Below, piece by piece: positions 29,515 to 39,050 of a stretch of DNA of 64,000 nucleotides. Under the pieces are notes generated by a model. That model had not been told where the DNA came from. It saw only the letters and a program-made list of their open reading frames with translations, and did no database searches. The stretch spans positions 131,112-195,111 of the forward strand of contig HF993110.1 in the NCBI GenBank assembly GCA_000433475.1, written 5' to 3'. Every line of letters begins with the position of its first letter. Positions within the stretch are counted from its first letter, which is position 1. Made by a program: the position numbers and the translations under genes. Origin of the DNA: Mycoplasma sp. CAG:956 (lineage in GTDB: Bacteria > Bacillota_I > Bacilli_A > RF39 > UBA660).

Positions 29515-29787
29515 TTACTTAGAAAAATAACAATTATATAAAAGAATTAAATGAATAACAACACTTACAATTAACCATAATTTAAAATACCACTTCTTAG
29601 TTTTATGATGCCAAGTAGACATTCCTAACCAGCCGCCAAGAAAGCCACCTAAAATAAAGGAAATTAACAGAGTCTTCTCACTAATTCGCCATTTGTGCTT
29701 CACTGCTAATCTCTTATCGATACCAAAAAGTATGAAACTTAAGACATTAATAAAGAGATAATAATATAAAAGATACATCCTAATCAC
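29515..29787 (-). CDS. DUF1294 family small membrane protein
   Basis: FGIDKRLAVKHKWRISEKTLL ... GGFLGGWLGM pattern typical of DUF1294. Confidence 0.7.
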   Translation of the reverse strand: MIRMYLLYYYLFINVLSFILFGIDKRLAVKHKWRISEKTLLISFILGGFLGGWLGMSTWHHKTKKWYFKLWLIVSVVIHLILLYNCYFSK

Positions 29788-29881
29788 CTACAACAATTAT
29801 AAATTAAATTTAAAAAATATGGTAAGATAATATTAAGAATAAATAAAGAAAGGAATAGACTTTATGTCTATATAATAAATT

Positions 29882-30643
29882 ATGAAAGCACTTATAACTG
29901 GAGCATCTAGTGGTCTTGGACGCGATATGGCTAAATATTTATCTAACTTAGGTTGGGATTTAATAGTCGTTGCTCGCCGAGAAGACCGTCTAAAAGACTT
30001 ACAAAGAAGTTTGAAAACAAATGTTGAAATAATTAAACTTGATTTAGGAATAGAAGAAAATTGTTACAGGCTATATGAATTAACTAAAGATAAAAATATA
30101 GATTTGCTAATTAATAATGCTGGTTTTGGACTTTTCGGTTTAACTACGGAAACTAATCTTTACCGAGAACTAGAAATGATAAACCTTAATATCAAAGCCG
30201 TTCATATTTTAACTAAATTGTTTTTAAAAGATTTCTATCAAAAAGATAAAGGAAGAATTTTAAATGTTGCCTCATCAGCAGGCTTCTTAGCTGGACCTCG
30301 TCTTAATACATACTATGCCACTAAAAATTATGTATTGAAATTTACCTTAGCTATTTATGAAGAATTAAGACATCAAAAAAGTAATGTTAAAATATCTTGT
30401 CTTTGCCCTGGACCCGTAGCCACTGAATTTAATAAAGTAGCCGGTGGTAAGTTTAATATCGAAGAAAAAAAATCTTACCAAGTAGCAAAATATGCCATTG
30501 ATAAAACCCTAAAAAATAAACTTATAATTGTTCCTGGACTTAGTGTTCGCTTAGGATTATTCTTTAATCGCTTTATACCAACCAAACTATCTTTAAAAAT
30601 AATTTATCATATCCAAGAACGAAAAGTAAAAAATAATAAATAA
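29882..30643 (+). CDS. short-chain dehydrogenase/reductase (SDR)
   Basis: TGASSGLG cofactor motif, YxxxK (YYATK). Confidence 0.85.
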   Translation: MKALITGASSGLGRDMAKYLSNLGWDLIVVARREDRLKDLQRSLKTNVEIIKLDLGIEENCYRLYELTKDKNIDLLINNAGFGLFGLTTETNLYRELEMINLNIKAVHILTKLFLKDFYQKDKGRILNVASSAGFLAGPRLNTYYATKNYVLKFTLAIYEELRHQKSNVKISCLCPGPVATEFNKVAGGKFNIEEKKSYQVAKYAIDKTLKNKLIIVPGLSVRLGLFFNRFIPTKLSLKIIYHIQERKVKNNK

Positions 30644-30647
30644 TAAA

Positions 30648-30779
30648 TTAATTATTAGTATTTTTATTAACATTAGCTTTTTTAAGAGCTAATCTTTTAT
30701 TTTTACTGCTTTTTCCAGCTATTTCGATAGCTTCATCTACTAGGTAATCTTGAAGACCATCATCAGTAGGTATTTCCAT
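30648..30779 (-). CDS. possible small ORF (43 aa; acidic N-terminal half, basic C-terminal half), not in ORF track
   Basis: ATG with GGTGA 5 nt upstream; MEIPTDDGLQDYLVDEAIEIAGKSSKNKRLALKKANVNKNTNN; fills the SDR-TspO intergenic on the opposite strand. Confidence 0.25.
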   Translation of the reverse strand: MEIPTDDGLQDYLVDEAIEIAGKSSKNKRLALKKANVNKNTNN

Positions 30780-30844
30780 AAAATCACCAGAGATTGTTAT
30801 AAATAAAAATTTAACTTTCGTATATACTATTAATGGTGATTAGT

Positions 30845-31354
30845 ATGGAAAACAGTGAAAATAAAGTAAAAAATACATTAAATCAAGAAAAAGTTAATTA
30901 TAAAATGTTAATTATTTTTATAGGTTTTGCCCTTGCTGCTGGTTTTTTGGGTTCTCTCTTAGGAGGCAATATGGCATCTTTCAAGACTTTAAAAAAACCT
31001 TTCTTTGCTCCACCACCAATAGTGTTTCCTATAGTTTGGACAATTCTTTATATCCTAATGGGCATTTCCTCATATCTCATTTGCTGTAATAAAACGGATA
31101 AAAAATTCAAAAAAAGAGCTTGCTTCTTTTATTTAATTCAGTTATTAGTAAACACTTTATGGTCATTATTCTTCTTTCGACTAGGGTGGCTATTCTTTGC
31201 CTTTTTATGGTTACTACTTTTGGCAGTCTTAGTCATTATTATGATTATAAAATTTTATAAGTTAAAACCTCTTGCTGCTTATTTACAAATACCATATCTA
31301 TTATGGCTAATAATTGCTGGTATTTTAAATATCTCAATTGTAATACTTAATTAA
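30845..31354 (+). CDS. tspO: TspO/MBR family tryptophan-rich sensory protein
   Basis: LKKPFFAPPPIVFPIVWTILY signature, 5 TM; start moved to the ATG after GGTGA. Confidence 0.85.
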   Translation: MENSENKVKNTLNQEKVNYKMLIIFIGFALAAGFLGSLLGGNMASFKTLKKPFFAPPPIVFPIVWTILYILMGISSYLICCNKTDKKFKKRACFFYLIQLLVNTLWSLFFFRLGWLFFAFLWLLLLAVLVIIMIIKFYKLKPLAAYLQIPYLLWLIIAGILNISIVILN

Positions 31355-31378
31355 TCATTAAACAATTTAACAAATTTT

Positions 31379-31410
31379 ATCTATCAAAAAAGATAGATTT
31401 TTTTCTATCT
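31379..31410. terminator. bidirectional terminator (overlapping hairpins with A-run/T-run on either side)
   Basis: atctatc-aaaaaa-gatagat-ttttttt-ctatct between convergent tspO (+) and XRE (-) genes (approx). Confidence 0.55.
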
Positions 31411-31457
31411 TTAGGACTTTTACATTAAATATTTAAAAATACTTATTTCAATAACAA

Positions 31458-31793
31458 TTAATTAAAATCTCTTTTCCTAATGGCTTCACTATACCATAAA
31501 CATTCATCTTTTTCTCTATCTTTTAACATTAAAAAGTTATTAATCATTTTATATGTTTTAGGATTCATACTTTTAATATTATAACCAGTTAAAGGTGAAT
31601 CATCTTCAATACGACCTAATAAATAATCACAAGAAGTATTTAAATAATTAGCAATTTTTACTAAAGCTTCGCAACTAGGTTGAGCTTTTCCTGATTCATA
31701 AGCACTGATAGTTTCCTGTTTAACATTAATAACTTTAGCTAAGTCAACTTGTGTTATATTTCGTTTAATTCTTATTTTTTTGATATTATTCAT
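31458..31793 (-). CDS. XRE-family HTH transcriptional regulator (111 aa)
   Basis: ITQVDLAKVINVKQETISAYESGKAQPS HTH_3; divergent from the 32055 gene. Confidence 0.75.
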   Translation of the reverse strand: MNNIKKIRIKRNITQVDLAKVINVKQETISAYESGKAQPSCEALVKIANYLNTSCDYLLGRIEDDSPLTGYNIKSMNPKTYKMINNFLMLKDREKDECLWYSEAIRKRDFN

Positions 31794-32054
31794 AAATCAT
31801 CCTACCATTTCTATTTATATTATAATATAAACAATATTAATTGTAAACCAATGGTAAATTATTTTTAAACTTAAATAAACCTCCCTACAGAAGTTAAAAT
31901 ACACAAGTAATCTACTTCTATAGAACATGCTAAGGCTTAATAATTATTTTCATTATTATATATAAAGAAAACTCCAAGTATTTAAAAAACTGTCAGATTT
32001 TTCTCCAAACTTTAAAAATATATGATAAAATAGCGAGCTAGAGTGAGTGGTATT

Positions 32055-32738
32055 ATGCTAAAATTAACAGAAGAAGAAACAACAATTTTATTAGAAATAA
32101 ATAAGAAAATTATTTATAATACAAATGTAAAATGGAAAAAACATATTACTAGTATTTTAAAAATAGCTAACCGCGAACATTATTTAGCAAACAGAGAACC
32201 AAAGAAATTAACTTTTAAAAATAAAGAAGAAATGGCATCCTTCGATGAAAGAATGAAAGACTATTATAATGAGATGATCCCATTTACTAATCAATTAATT
32301 TTTCATAAAGAAATAAAGAGATTATTATTAGGAAAAGATACTACCTACTATATAAATCCCTTAGAAATTTATAAGTACTATACTGGACGTAATAACCGTA
32401 TAACTTTGATAAAATTAATAATTCTTATTAGTCAAAATAATGCAAAATTTACAAATCAAGATATTGGGGCTTTAATGCATTTTGAAAAATTATTAGGAAC
32501 TATTTTTATATCTAGTGATTCTAAATATGAAACTATTATAAATATCTTTTCTAATTATTTAAAAGCTTTAGAATTAGAATGTCAAAAACAACCAGCAAAT
32601 TTAATTAATTTAAAAGCTATAAATAGAATTAATAAAGAATTAATTATAACTTTAGAAAAATATTTAAAAAATGAAAAAATAACAGAAGAAGCACCTAAGT
32701 CATTAACAATTGAAAAATTAGATAATGCAAAAAAATAA
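32055..32738 (+). CDS. hypothetical all-helical protein (about 227 aa)
   Basis: ORF track (GTG at 32043; ATG at 32055 preferred); no domain recognised; helical-repeat-like. Confidence 0.55.
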   Translation: MLKLTEEETTILLEINKKIIYNTNVKWKKHITSILKIANREHYLANREPKKLTFKNKEEMASFDERMKDYYNEMIPFTNQLIFHKEIKRLLLGKDTTYYINPLEIYKYYTGRNNRITLIKLIILISQNNAKFTNQDIGALMHFEKLLGTIFISSDSKYETIINIFSNYLKALELECQKQPANLINLKAINRINKELIITLEKYLKNEKITEEAPKSLTIEKLDNAKK

Positions 32739-32800
32739 TAATATTTATATTTACAATTTAGAAAATAAATGACTAAATAGGAAGGGGATAAAAGATTTAA

Positions 32801-33622
32801 ATGAAAAAAAGATTTAAAAAAATTTATCTGGAAATAACCAATATATGTAATTTAAAATGTAGTTTTTGTCCAAGTAATAGAAGAAAAAAAGAAGAAATGT
32901 CCTTAGATACTTTTAAAGAAATTTTACCTAAATTAAAAGATTATACTGACTATTTATATTTTCATTTAATGGGTGAGCCTTTAGTTCATAGTCATATTAA
33001 TGAATTCATTGATTTAGCAACTGTAAAATTTGGCTTTAAAATTAATATAACTACTAATGGCTACTTGATTAATAAAATTGAAAATAATATCAACATCCAT
33101 CAGCTAAATATATCTCTGCAAGCTATTAAAAGTGATGAAGAAATTGATATTTATCTTCAAAATATCTTTACAGCAGTGGATAAATTACATAAGCATGGAA
33201 CGATAATTGTTTATCGCCTGTGGAATGAACAAGCTAGTTCTAAAAAAATTATTGAAAAACTAGAAAAGTATTATAAAACTAACTTAAATGGGAATAATAA
33301 AATACAAGATAATATTTATTTAGACCGAGAAATTCCTTTTATTTGGCCTGATTTAAATAATAATTATTACAATGAAGAAGGTTCTTGTATGGGACTTCGC
33401 AGTCACATTGGCATCTTAGTAAATGGTGATATTGTTCCTTGTTGTCTAGATTATAATGGTACAATAACTCTAGGAAATATTTTAAATGATAAAATAGATG
33501 ATATCCTTAAAGGAAAAAGAGCCAAAAATATGCAAGAAAACTTCTTAAATAATAAAAAATGTGAAGAATTTTGTCGTCATTGTAATTTCTATGATAGAAT
33601 AAAAAGTGCCAAAAAAAATTAA
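32801..33622 (+). CDS. radical SAM enzyme with C-terminal SPASM/twitch auxiliary-cluster domain (273 aa)
   Basis: CNLKCSFC CxxxCxxC motif; C-terminal C-x13-GDIVPCC ... CEEFCRHC cysteine pattern. Confidence 0.85.
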   Translation: MKKRFKKIYLEITNICNLKCSFCPSNRRKKEEMSLDTFKEILPKLKDYTDYLYFHLMGEPLVHSHINEFIDLATVKFGFKINITTNGYLINKIENNINIHQLNISLQAIKSDEEIDIYLQNIFTAVDKLHKHGTIIVYRLWNEQASSKKIIEKLEKYYKTNLNGNNKIQDNIYLDREIPFIWPDLNNNYYNEEGSCMGLRSHIGILVNGDIVPCCLDYNGTITLGNILNDKIDDILKGKRAKNMQENFLNNKKCEEFCRHCNFYDRIKSAKKN

Positions 33623-33677
33623 TACAGCAAAAGAAAATTAATAAGAAAAATAAATAAAGAAGTAAGGGTGATTTTTT

Positions 33678-36509
33678 ATGAAAAATGATAAAATTATAAT
33701 AAGGGGAGCAAGAGAAAATAACTTAAAAAACATTGACTTAGATTTACCAAAAAATTCACTAATCGTTATGACCGGGGTATCCGGTTCCGGTAAGTCTTCT
33801 CTAGCCTTTGATACCATATATGCCGAGGGTCAAAGAAGGTTTGTTGAAAGCTTATCAAGTTATGCTCGCCAGTTCTTAGGAGGCAGTGAAAAGCCAGATG
33901 TAGATTCTATTGAAGGATTAAGCCCAAGTATTGCTATTGACCAAAAAACTACTAATAATAATCCCCGTAGTACAGTTGGTACTGTAACTGAAATTTATGA
34001 TTATTTAAAATTGTTGTATGCTCGTATTGGTACACCATATTGTCCAAATCATCATACCCCAATCGTTCATCAAAGCATTGAAGAAATGACTAATAAAGTT
34101 ATGAACATGCCAGAAGGTACTAAATTAGAAATAATGGCTCCTATCGTTCGTAATGAAAAAGGAACACATAAAGATATTTTAGATGACTTAAGAAAAGAAG
34201 GGTATTCCAGAGTAAGGGTTAATGGCACTGTTTATGGTTTGGATGAAGAAATTACTTTAGAGAAAAATGTTAAAGATAGTATTGAAGCAGTTGTTGATAG
34301 AATTGTTTTAAGTCCAAGTGAACGTTCACGTGTCTTCGAAGCTATTGAGACTTCAACAAAACTTGCTGATGGTATGGTTTTAATTCATGTTATTGACGGT
34401 GAAGAAATTTTATGGAGTGAAAAATTTGCCTGTATTGAATGTAATTATTCCCTACCAGACTTAGAACCTAACATGTTTTCCTTCAATGCCCCATTTGGAG
34501 CTTGCCCAGAATGTAAAGGTTTAGGCTTTAAAACTGCTATTAGTGAAGACTTACTTGTACCTGATAAAACACTTTCTATTAATGAAGGAGCTATTCAAAC
34601 TTTAAAAGATGATACTAATATCTTCTATACTAATGTTAAGACAGCTTGTGATTATTATCATATTGATATGAATAAACCTTATAAAGAACTAACTAAAAAA
34701 GAAAAGAAAATTCTTCTTTATGGTAGTGATGAACCATTACAATTTGAATATACTGCTAAAAATGGTAATAAAAGATTTACTACCGATTACTATGAAGGCA
34801 TTATTACTAATTTAGAACGTCGTTATATTGAAACATCTTCAAGTTGGATAAGAGAATGGCTAGATAATTATATGATGGAACTAACATGTCCAGTATGTCA
34901 TGGTGCCCGTTTAAAAGAAGGCATTCTAAATGTTTTCATTAATCAAAAAAATATCTATGAAATGACCCAAATGAGTATTGGTAATTTACTAGAATTTATT
35001 AGAAATCTAAAATTAACTAAAGAACAGCAAGAAATTAGTAAATTAATTATTAAAGAAATTATAAATCGCTTAGAATTCTTAAAAAATGTGGGTTTAGATT
35101 ATTTAACTTTAGATAGAATGGCTGGAACTTTATCAGGAGGTGAACTCCAAAGAATTCGTCTAGCTACTCAAATCGGTAGTCGTCTTAGTGGTGTCTTATA
35201 TGTCCTAGATGAACCAAGTATTGGGTTGCATCAAAGAGATAATGATAAATTAATTCGTTCTTTAAAAGAAATGGTTAGTTTAGGTAATACTTTAATAGTG
35301 GTTGAACATGACAGCGATACTATGTTAGCTAGTGATTACTTAGTAGATATTGGACCTCGTGCTGGTAAAGAAGGTGGAAGGGTTATGGCTGCTGGTACTC
35401 CAGAAGAAGTCATGAAAAATCCAAACTCTTTAACTGGTAAGTACCTATCTGGCAAGTACTTTATTCCTATTCCTAAAGAAAGAAGAAAAGGTAATGGTAA
35501 GTTCTTGGAGATAATCGGCGCTACTGAGCATAATTTAAAAAATATTGATGTCAAAATACCTCTAGGCAAGTTTGTTTGTGTAACTGGTGTATCTGGTTCT
35601 GGTAAGAGTTCCTTAGTAAATGAAATTCTTTATAAATCAGTATTTAAAAATATTTATCCAAAATCCAAAGTTTTTCCAGGCAAATGTAAGAAGATTAAAG
35701 GTATAAATGAAATTGATAAAGTTGTTCAAATTTCCCAAGACCCAATCGGCCGTACCCCAAGAAGTAATCCTGCTACATATGTTGGCTTATTTGACGATAT
35801 AAGAGATTTACTAGCTCAAACCAAAGAAGCTAAAATTCGTGGCTTTGATAAAGGACGTTTTTCCTTTAATGTTAAAGGTGGACGTTGTGAAGCTTGTTAT
35901 GGGGATGGTGTTAAGAAAATAGAAATGCACTTCTTACCAGATGTTTATGTTCCTTGTGAAGTTTGCCATGGAACTCGCTATAATAAAGATACTTTAAATA
36001 TTCGCTACAAGGGTAAGAATATCGCTGATATTTTGAAAATGCGTGTGGAAGAAGCCCAAGAATTCTTTAGTAATGTTCCAAAAATAAAGAGTACTTTAGA
36101 TATTATGATGGATGTTGGTTTATCATATGTTGAATTAGGCCAAGGTGCTCCAACTTTATCTGGCGGTGAAGCTGGTCGTGTTAAATTAGCTAAAGAATTA
36201 CAAAAGAAACCTACTGGCAAGAGTTTATTCATTTTAGATGAACCTACTACAGGTCTTCATATTGATGATATTAAAAAGCTATTAGTTATTTTACAAAGAA
36301 TAGTTGACAACGGAGATACCGTTGTCGTTATCGAACACAATTTAGATGTTATAAAAGTAGCTGACTATATTATCGATTTAGGTCCAGAAGGCGGGGCTTT
36401 AGGTGGAAAGATAGTATGTACGGGAACTCCAGAAGAAGTTGCTGAAAATCCTAACTCATATACAGGTCAATATTTAAAGAAATATTTAATCGATAAATAT
36501 CGTATCTAA
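33678..36509 (+). CDS. uvrA: excinuclease ABC subunit A
   Basis: Two ABC modules (GVSGSGKSSL x2), zinc fingers, 943 aa. Confidence 0.97.
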   Translation: MKNDKIIIRGARENNLKNIDLDLPKNSLIVMTGVSGSGKSSLAFDTIYAEGQRRFVESLSSYARQFLGGSEKPDVDSIEGLSPSIAIDQKTTNNNPRSTVGTVTEIYDYLKLLYARIGTPYCPNHHTPIVHQSIEEMTNKVMNMPEGTKLEIMAPIVRNEKGTHKDILDDLRKEGYSRVRVNGTVYGLDEEITLEKNVKDSIEAVVDRIVLSPSERSRVFEAIETSTKLADGMVLIHVIDGEEILWSEKFACIECNYSLPDLEPNMFSFNAPFGACPECKGLGFKTAISEDLLVPDKTLSINEGAIQTLKDDTNIFYTNVKTACDYYHIDMNKPYKELTKKEKKILLYGSDEPLQFEYTAKNGNKRFTTDYYEGIITNLERRYIETSSSWIREWLDNYMMELTCPVCHGARLKEGILNVFINQKNIYEMTQMSIGNLLEFIRNLKLTKEQQEISKLIIKEIINRLEFLKNVGLDYLTLDRMAGTLSGGELQRIRLATQIGSRLSGVLYVLDEPSIGLHQRDNDKLIRSLKEMVSLGNTLIVVEHDSDTMLASDYLVDIGPRAGKEGGRVMAAGTPEEVMKNPNSLTGKYLSGKYFIPIPKERRKGNGKFLEIIGATEHNLKNIDVKIPLGKFVCVTGVSGSGKSSLVNEILYKSVFKNIYPKSKVFPGKCKKIKGINEIDKVVQISQDPIGRTPRSNPATYVGLFDDIRDLLAQTKEAKIRGFDKGRFSFNVKGGRCEACYGDGVKKIEMHFLPDVYVPCEVCHGTRYNKDTLNIRYKGKNIADILKMRVEEAQEFFSNVPKIKSTLDIMMDVGLSYVELGQGAPTLSGGEAGRVKLAKELQKKPTGKSLFILDEPTTGLHIDDIKKLLVILQRIVDNGDTVVVIEHNLDVIKVADYIIDLGPEGGALGGKIVCTGTPEEVAENPNSYTGQYLKKYLIDKYRI

Positions 36510-36710
36510 AAAATATAAATTATACTTATAAACAAAAATAGATATAAAATAACATTTCTTAGTCAATTAATATCTATTTTTTAGCATCTTATCAAATAGT
36601 CATTAAATTTTGTTTATACTCGATAAGCACTTTTTCTATTAGCACCATTAAACTCATCTAGTAAAACTAATATGTTTTTGATATAATCAAGTGGAAGAAA
36701 AGAGGTAATT

Positions 36711-37523
36711 ATGAATCCAGTTCTATTTACTATTGGAAATTTTGAAATTAGATGGTATTCCGTCTTAATTTTAGTAGGGGTTATTTTAGGTTACATTATT
36801 GCTGAAAGAGAAGCAAAACGTTTTCGCTTTAATACAGATTTTCTCTTTAATATGTTTTTTTACGCATTAATATTTGGAATTATTGGTGCTAGACTTTATT
36901 ATGTAGCATTTAACTGGAGCAATTATGCATCTAATCCAGTATCAATTCTTTATGTTTGGAAAGGCGGACTTGCTATTCATGGTGGAATTATCGCTGGACT
37001 AATTACAATGTATTTATATTGCAAGAAATATAATGTTTCCTTGATTCGGGTTTTAGATTTTGTGTGTCCATCGTTAATTTTGGCTCAAGCTATTGGTCGC
37101 TGGGGCAACTTCTTTAATGGCGAAGCACATGGTCCTGCAACGACCTTACTTGCTCTTCAAAATAAACACATTCCTAATTTTATTATTAAGGGTATGCAAG
37201 TAAATGGTATTTATTATGAACCAACCTTCTTTTATGAATCATTGTGGTGTCTTTTAGGGTTTATTATTATGCTAATAATTCGCCGTTCTAAAAAAACTAA
37301 AATTGGAACTTTAACTGCAACTTATTTAATGTGGTATGGAGCTGGTCGCTTCTTTATTGAGGGCATGCGTACTGATTCTTTAATGCTTGGTGGTTTTAAA
37401 GTAGCTCAAATTGTTTCAGTAATTATGTTTATAATTGGGCTACTAGCAATTATGATTATTAGTCGTAAAGACCGTTATGAAGACTTATATAATAATGAAG
37501 AAACCAAAGATATTCATTTTTAA
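36711..37523 (+). CDS. lgt: prolipoprotein diacylglyceryl transferase
   Basis: Lgt signature GRWGNFFNGE, polytopic, 270 aa. Confidence 0.9.
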   Translation: MNPVLFTIGNFEIRWYSVLILVGVILGYIIAEREAKRFRFNTDFLFNMFFYALIFGIIGARLYYVAFNWSNYASNPVSILYVWKGGLAIHGGIIAGLITMYLYCKKYNVSLIRVLDFVCPSLILAQAIGRWGNFFNGEAHGPATTLLALQNKHIPNFIIKGMQVNGIYYEPTFFYESLWCLLGFIIMLIIRRSKKTKIGTLTATYLMWYGAGRFFIEGMRTDSLMLGGFKVAQIVSVIMFIIGLLAIMIISRKDRYEDLYNNEETKDIHF

Positions 37524-37552
37524 AACCAAAAGAATTAAAGGAGACTGCAAAA

Positions 37553-38455
37553 ATGTATGATTTAATAATAGTAGGTTTAGGAGCTGCCGGAATAAGTGCT
37601 GCTATCTATGCTAAAAGAAGTAATCTAAAAGTTTTATGCTTGGAAAAAGGTATGCCGGGTGGTATCATTAATTATATTGATAAAATTGATAATTACCCAG
37701 CTTTACCTAACATCAGTGGTGCTGATTTTTCTTATAAGCTTTATGAACATCTAATTTCTTTAAATATAGAATATAAATTAGAAACAGTATTGAATGTCTT
37801 TAAAGAGCAAAATACCTTTAAAGTTAAGACTAAAGAAGCAACTTATGAGACTAAAAAAGTAATTATAGCAAGCGGTCGTAAAGCTAGAAAATTAGGTTTA
37901 GCCAATGAGGAAAAATTCTTAGGACGAGGTATTAGCTATTGTGCGGTTTGCGACGGAGCCTTCTTTAAAAATCAAACCATTGCAGTTGTTGGTTCTGGTC
38001 GTTCTGCCGTTCAAGAAACACTATACTTATCTAGCTTTGCCTATAAAATTTATATGTTAATTAGAAAAGATAAGTTAAAAGTAGAAGAGCCATTACTTGA
38101 AAAATTAAAAGCTAAGAAAAATATTGAAATTATTTATAATACAACCGTAACTTCTTTAAATGGCGAAGAAAAATTATCCAGTCTAACCATAAAAAAAGAA
38201 AATAAAGAAGAAAACTTAGAAGTATCAGGTTTATTTATTTATATTGGCTATGAACCTAATATTACTTATCTTAATAATTTTAATATTTTTGATAATGATG
38301 GTTACATTAAAGTAAATGCTAAATATGAAACAGAAATTCCTGGATTATATGCTGTTGGCGATAATGTCAAAAAGGACTATTATCAAATAATTACTGCTAT
38401 GTACGAAGGAACAGTGGCAGCCTTAAATGTAGCTGCTTCTCTAATTGAAAAATAA
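37553..38455 (+). CDS. trxB: thioredoxin reductase-like FAD/NAD(P) oxidoreductase
   Basis: FAD GxGxxG (GLGAAG), redox CAVCDG, second dinucleotide site GSGRSA, 300 aa. Confidence 0.85.
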   Translation: MYDLIIVGLGAAGISAAIYAKRSNLKVLCLEKGMPGGIINYIDKIDNYPALPNISGADFSYKLYEHLISLNIEYKLETVLNVFKEQNTFKVKTKEATYETKKVIIASGRKARKLGLANEEKFLGRGISYCAVCDGAFFKNQTIAVVGSGRSAVQETLYLSSFAYKIYMLIRKDKLKVEEPLLEKLKAKKNIEIIYNTTVTSLNGEEKLSSLTIKKENKEENLEVSGLFIYIGYEPNITYLNNFNIFDNDGYIKVNAKYETEIPGLYAVGDNVKKDYYQIITAMYEGTVAALNVAASLIEK

Positions 38456-38515
38456 ATAAATTATTTAAAGTTATTAAGAACAGAAAAATAAAAGTTGTAA
38501 ACAGCTAAATCTTAG

Positions 38516-38524
38516 TTATCCACA
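38516..38524 (+). promoter_or_regulatory. perfect consensus DnaA box TTATCCACA (isolated)
   Basis: Exact 9-mer in the trxB-mrnC intergenic region. Confidence 0.4.
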
Positions 38525-38678
38525 GAAAAAAAAGCAAATCAAAAATAATAAGAAGAAAATATCGAAATAAAAGCACTAACAATAAAAAAAGAAAATGTAA
38601 TTAAATTTGATCAATAAATGGTGCTTTTTTATTTTACATTTTAAATAAAGTGTGTTAATATTTGAAACGTGATGAATT

Positions 38679-39050
38679 ATGAAGAACCCTTTAGTATATG
38701 CCTATATTGGCGATTGCATTTATGAATTTTATATTCGTAAGTTTTTAGTAGAAGAAAAAATGTGCAAATTAAAAGAAATTCAACGTCGAAGCCTAAATTT
38801 CGTTAGTGCTAAAAGTCAAAGAAAAATCTACGAAGCTCTAAATACGCAAGGTTTTCTAACAAACGAAGAAGAAGAAATCGTTAAGTGGGGACGTAATGCC
38901 CATGGTGGCAAAGCTAAGCATACCGATATTGTAACTTATCGTATTGCAACCGGTCTTGAATGTTTAATTGGCTATTTATATTATCAAAATAACTTAGAAA
39001 GAATTGAACAAATAATGAAGGAGGTCATTAAAAATGAAAGTATATGGTAA
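38679..39050 (+). CDS. mrnC: Mini-ribonuclease 3 (Mini-III, 23S rRNA maturation)
   Basis: YIGDCIYEF ... RNase III signature remnant, 123 aa, conserved position before rlmB-sigH. Confidence 0.85.
   Translation: MKNPLVYAYIGDCIYEFYIRKFLVEEKMCKLKEIQRRSLNFVSAKSQRKIYEALNTQGFLTNEEEEIVKWGRNAHGGKAKHTDIVTYRIATGLECLIGYLYYQNNLERIEQIMKEVIKNESIW

Noticed and set aside
31794-32042. Candidate RiPP precursor ORFs next to the radical SAM gene (for example a 39-aa minus-strand ORF MFYRSRLLVYFNFC...)
   Set aside because: No RBS, wrong orientation relative to the rSAM operon, composition typical of random AT-rich reading frames; other frames give peptides of 11 aa or less
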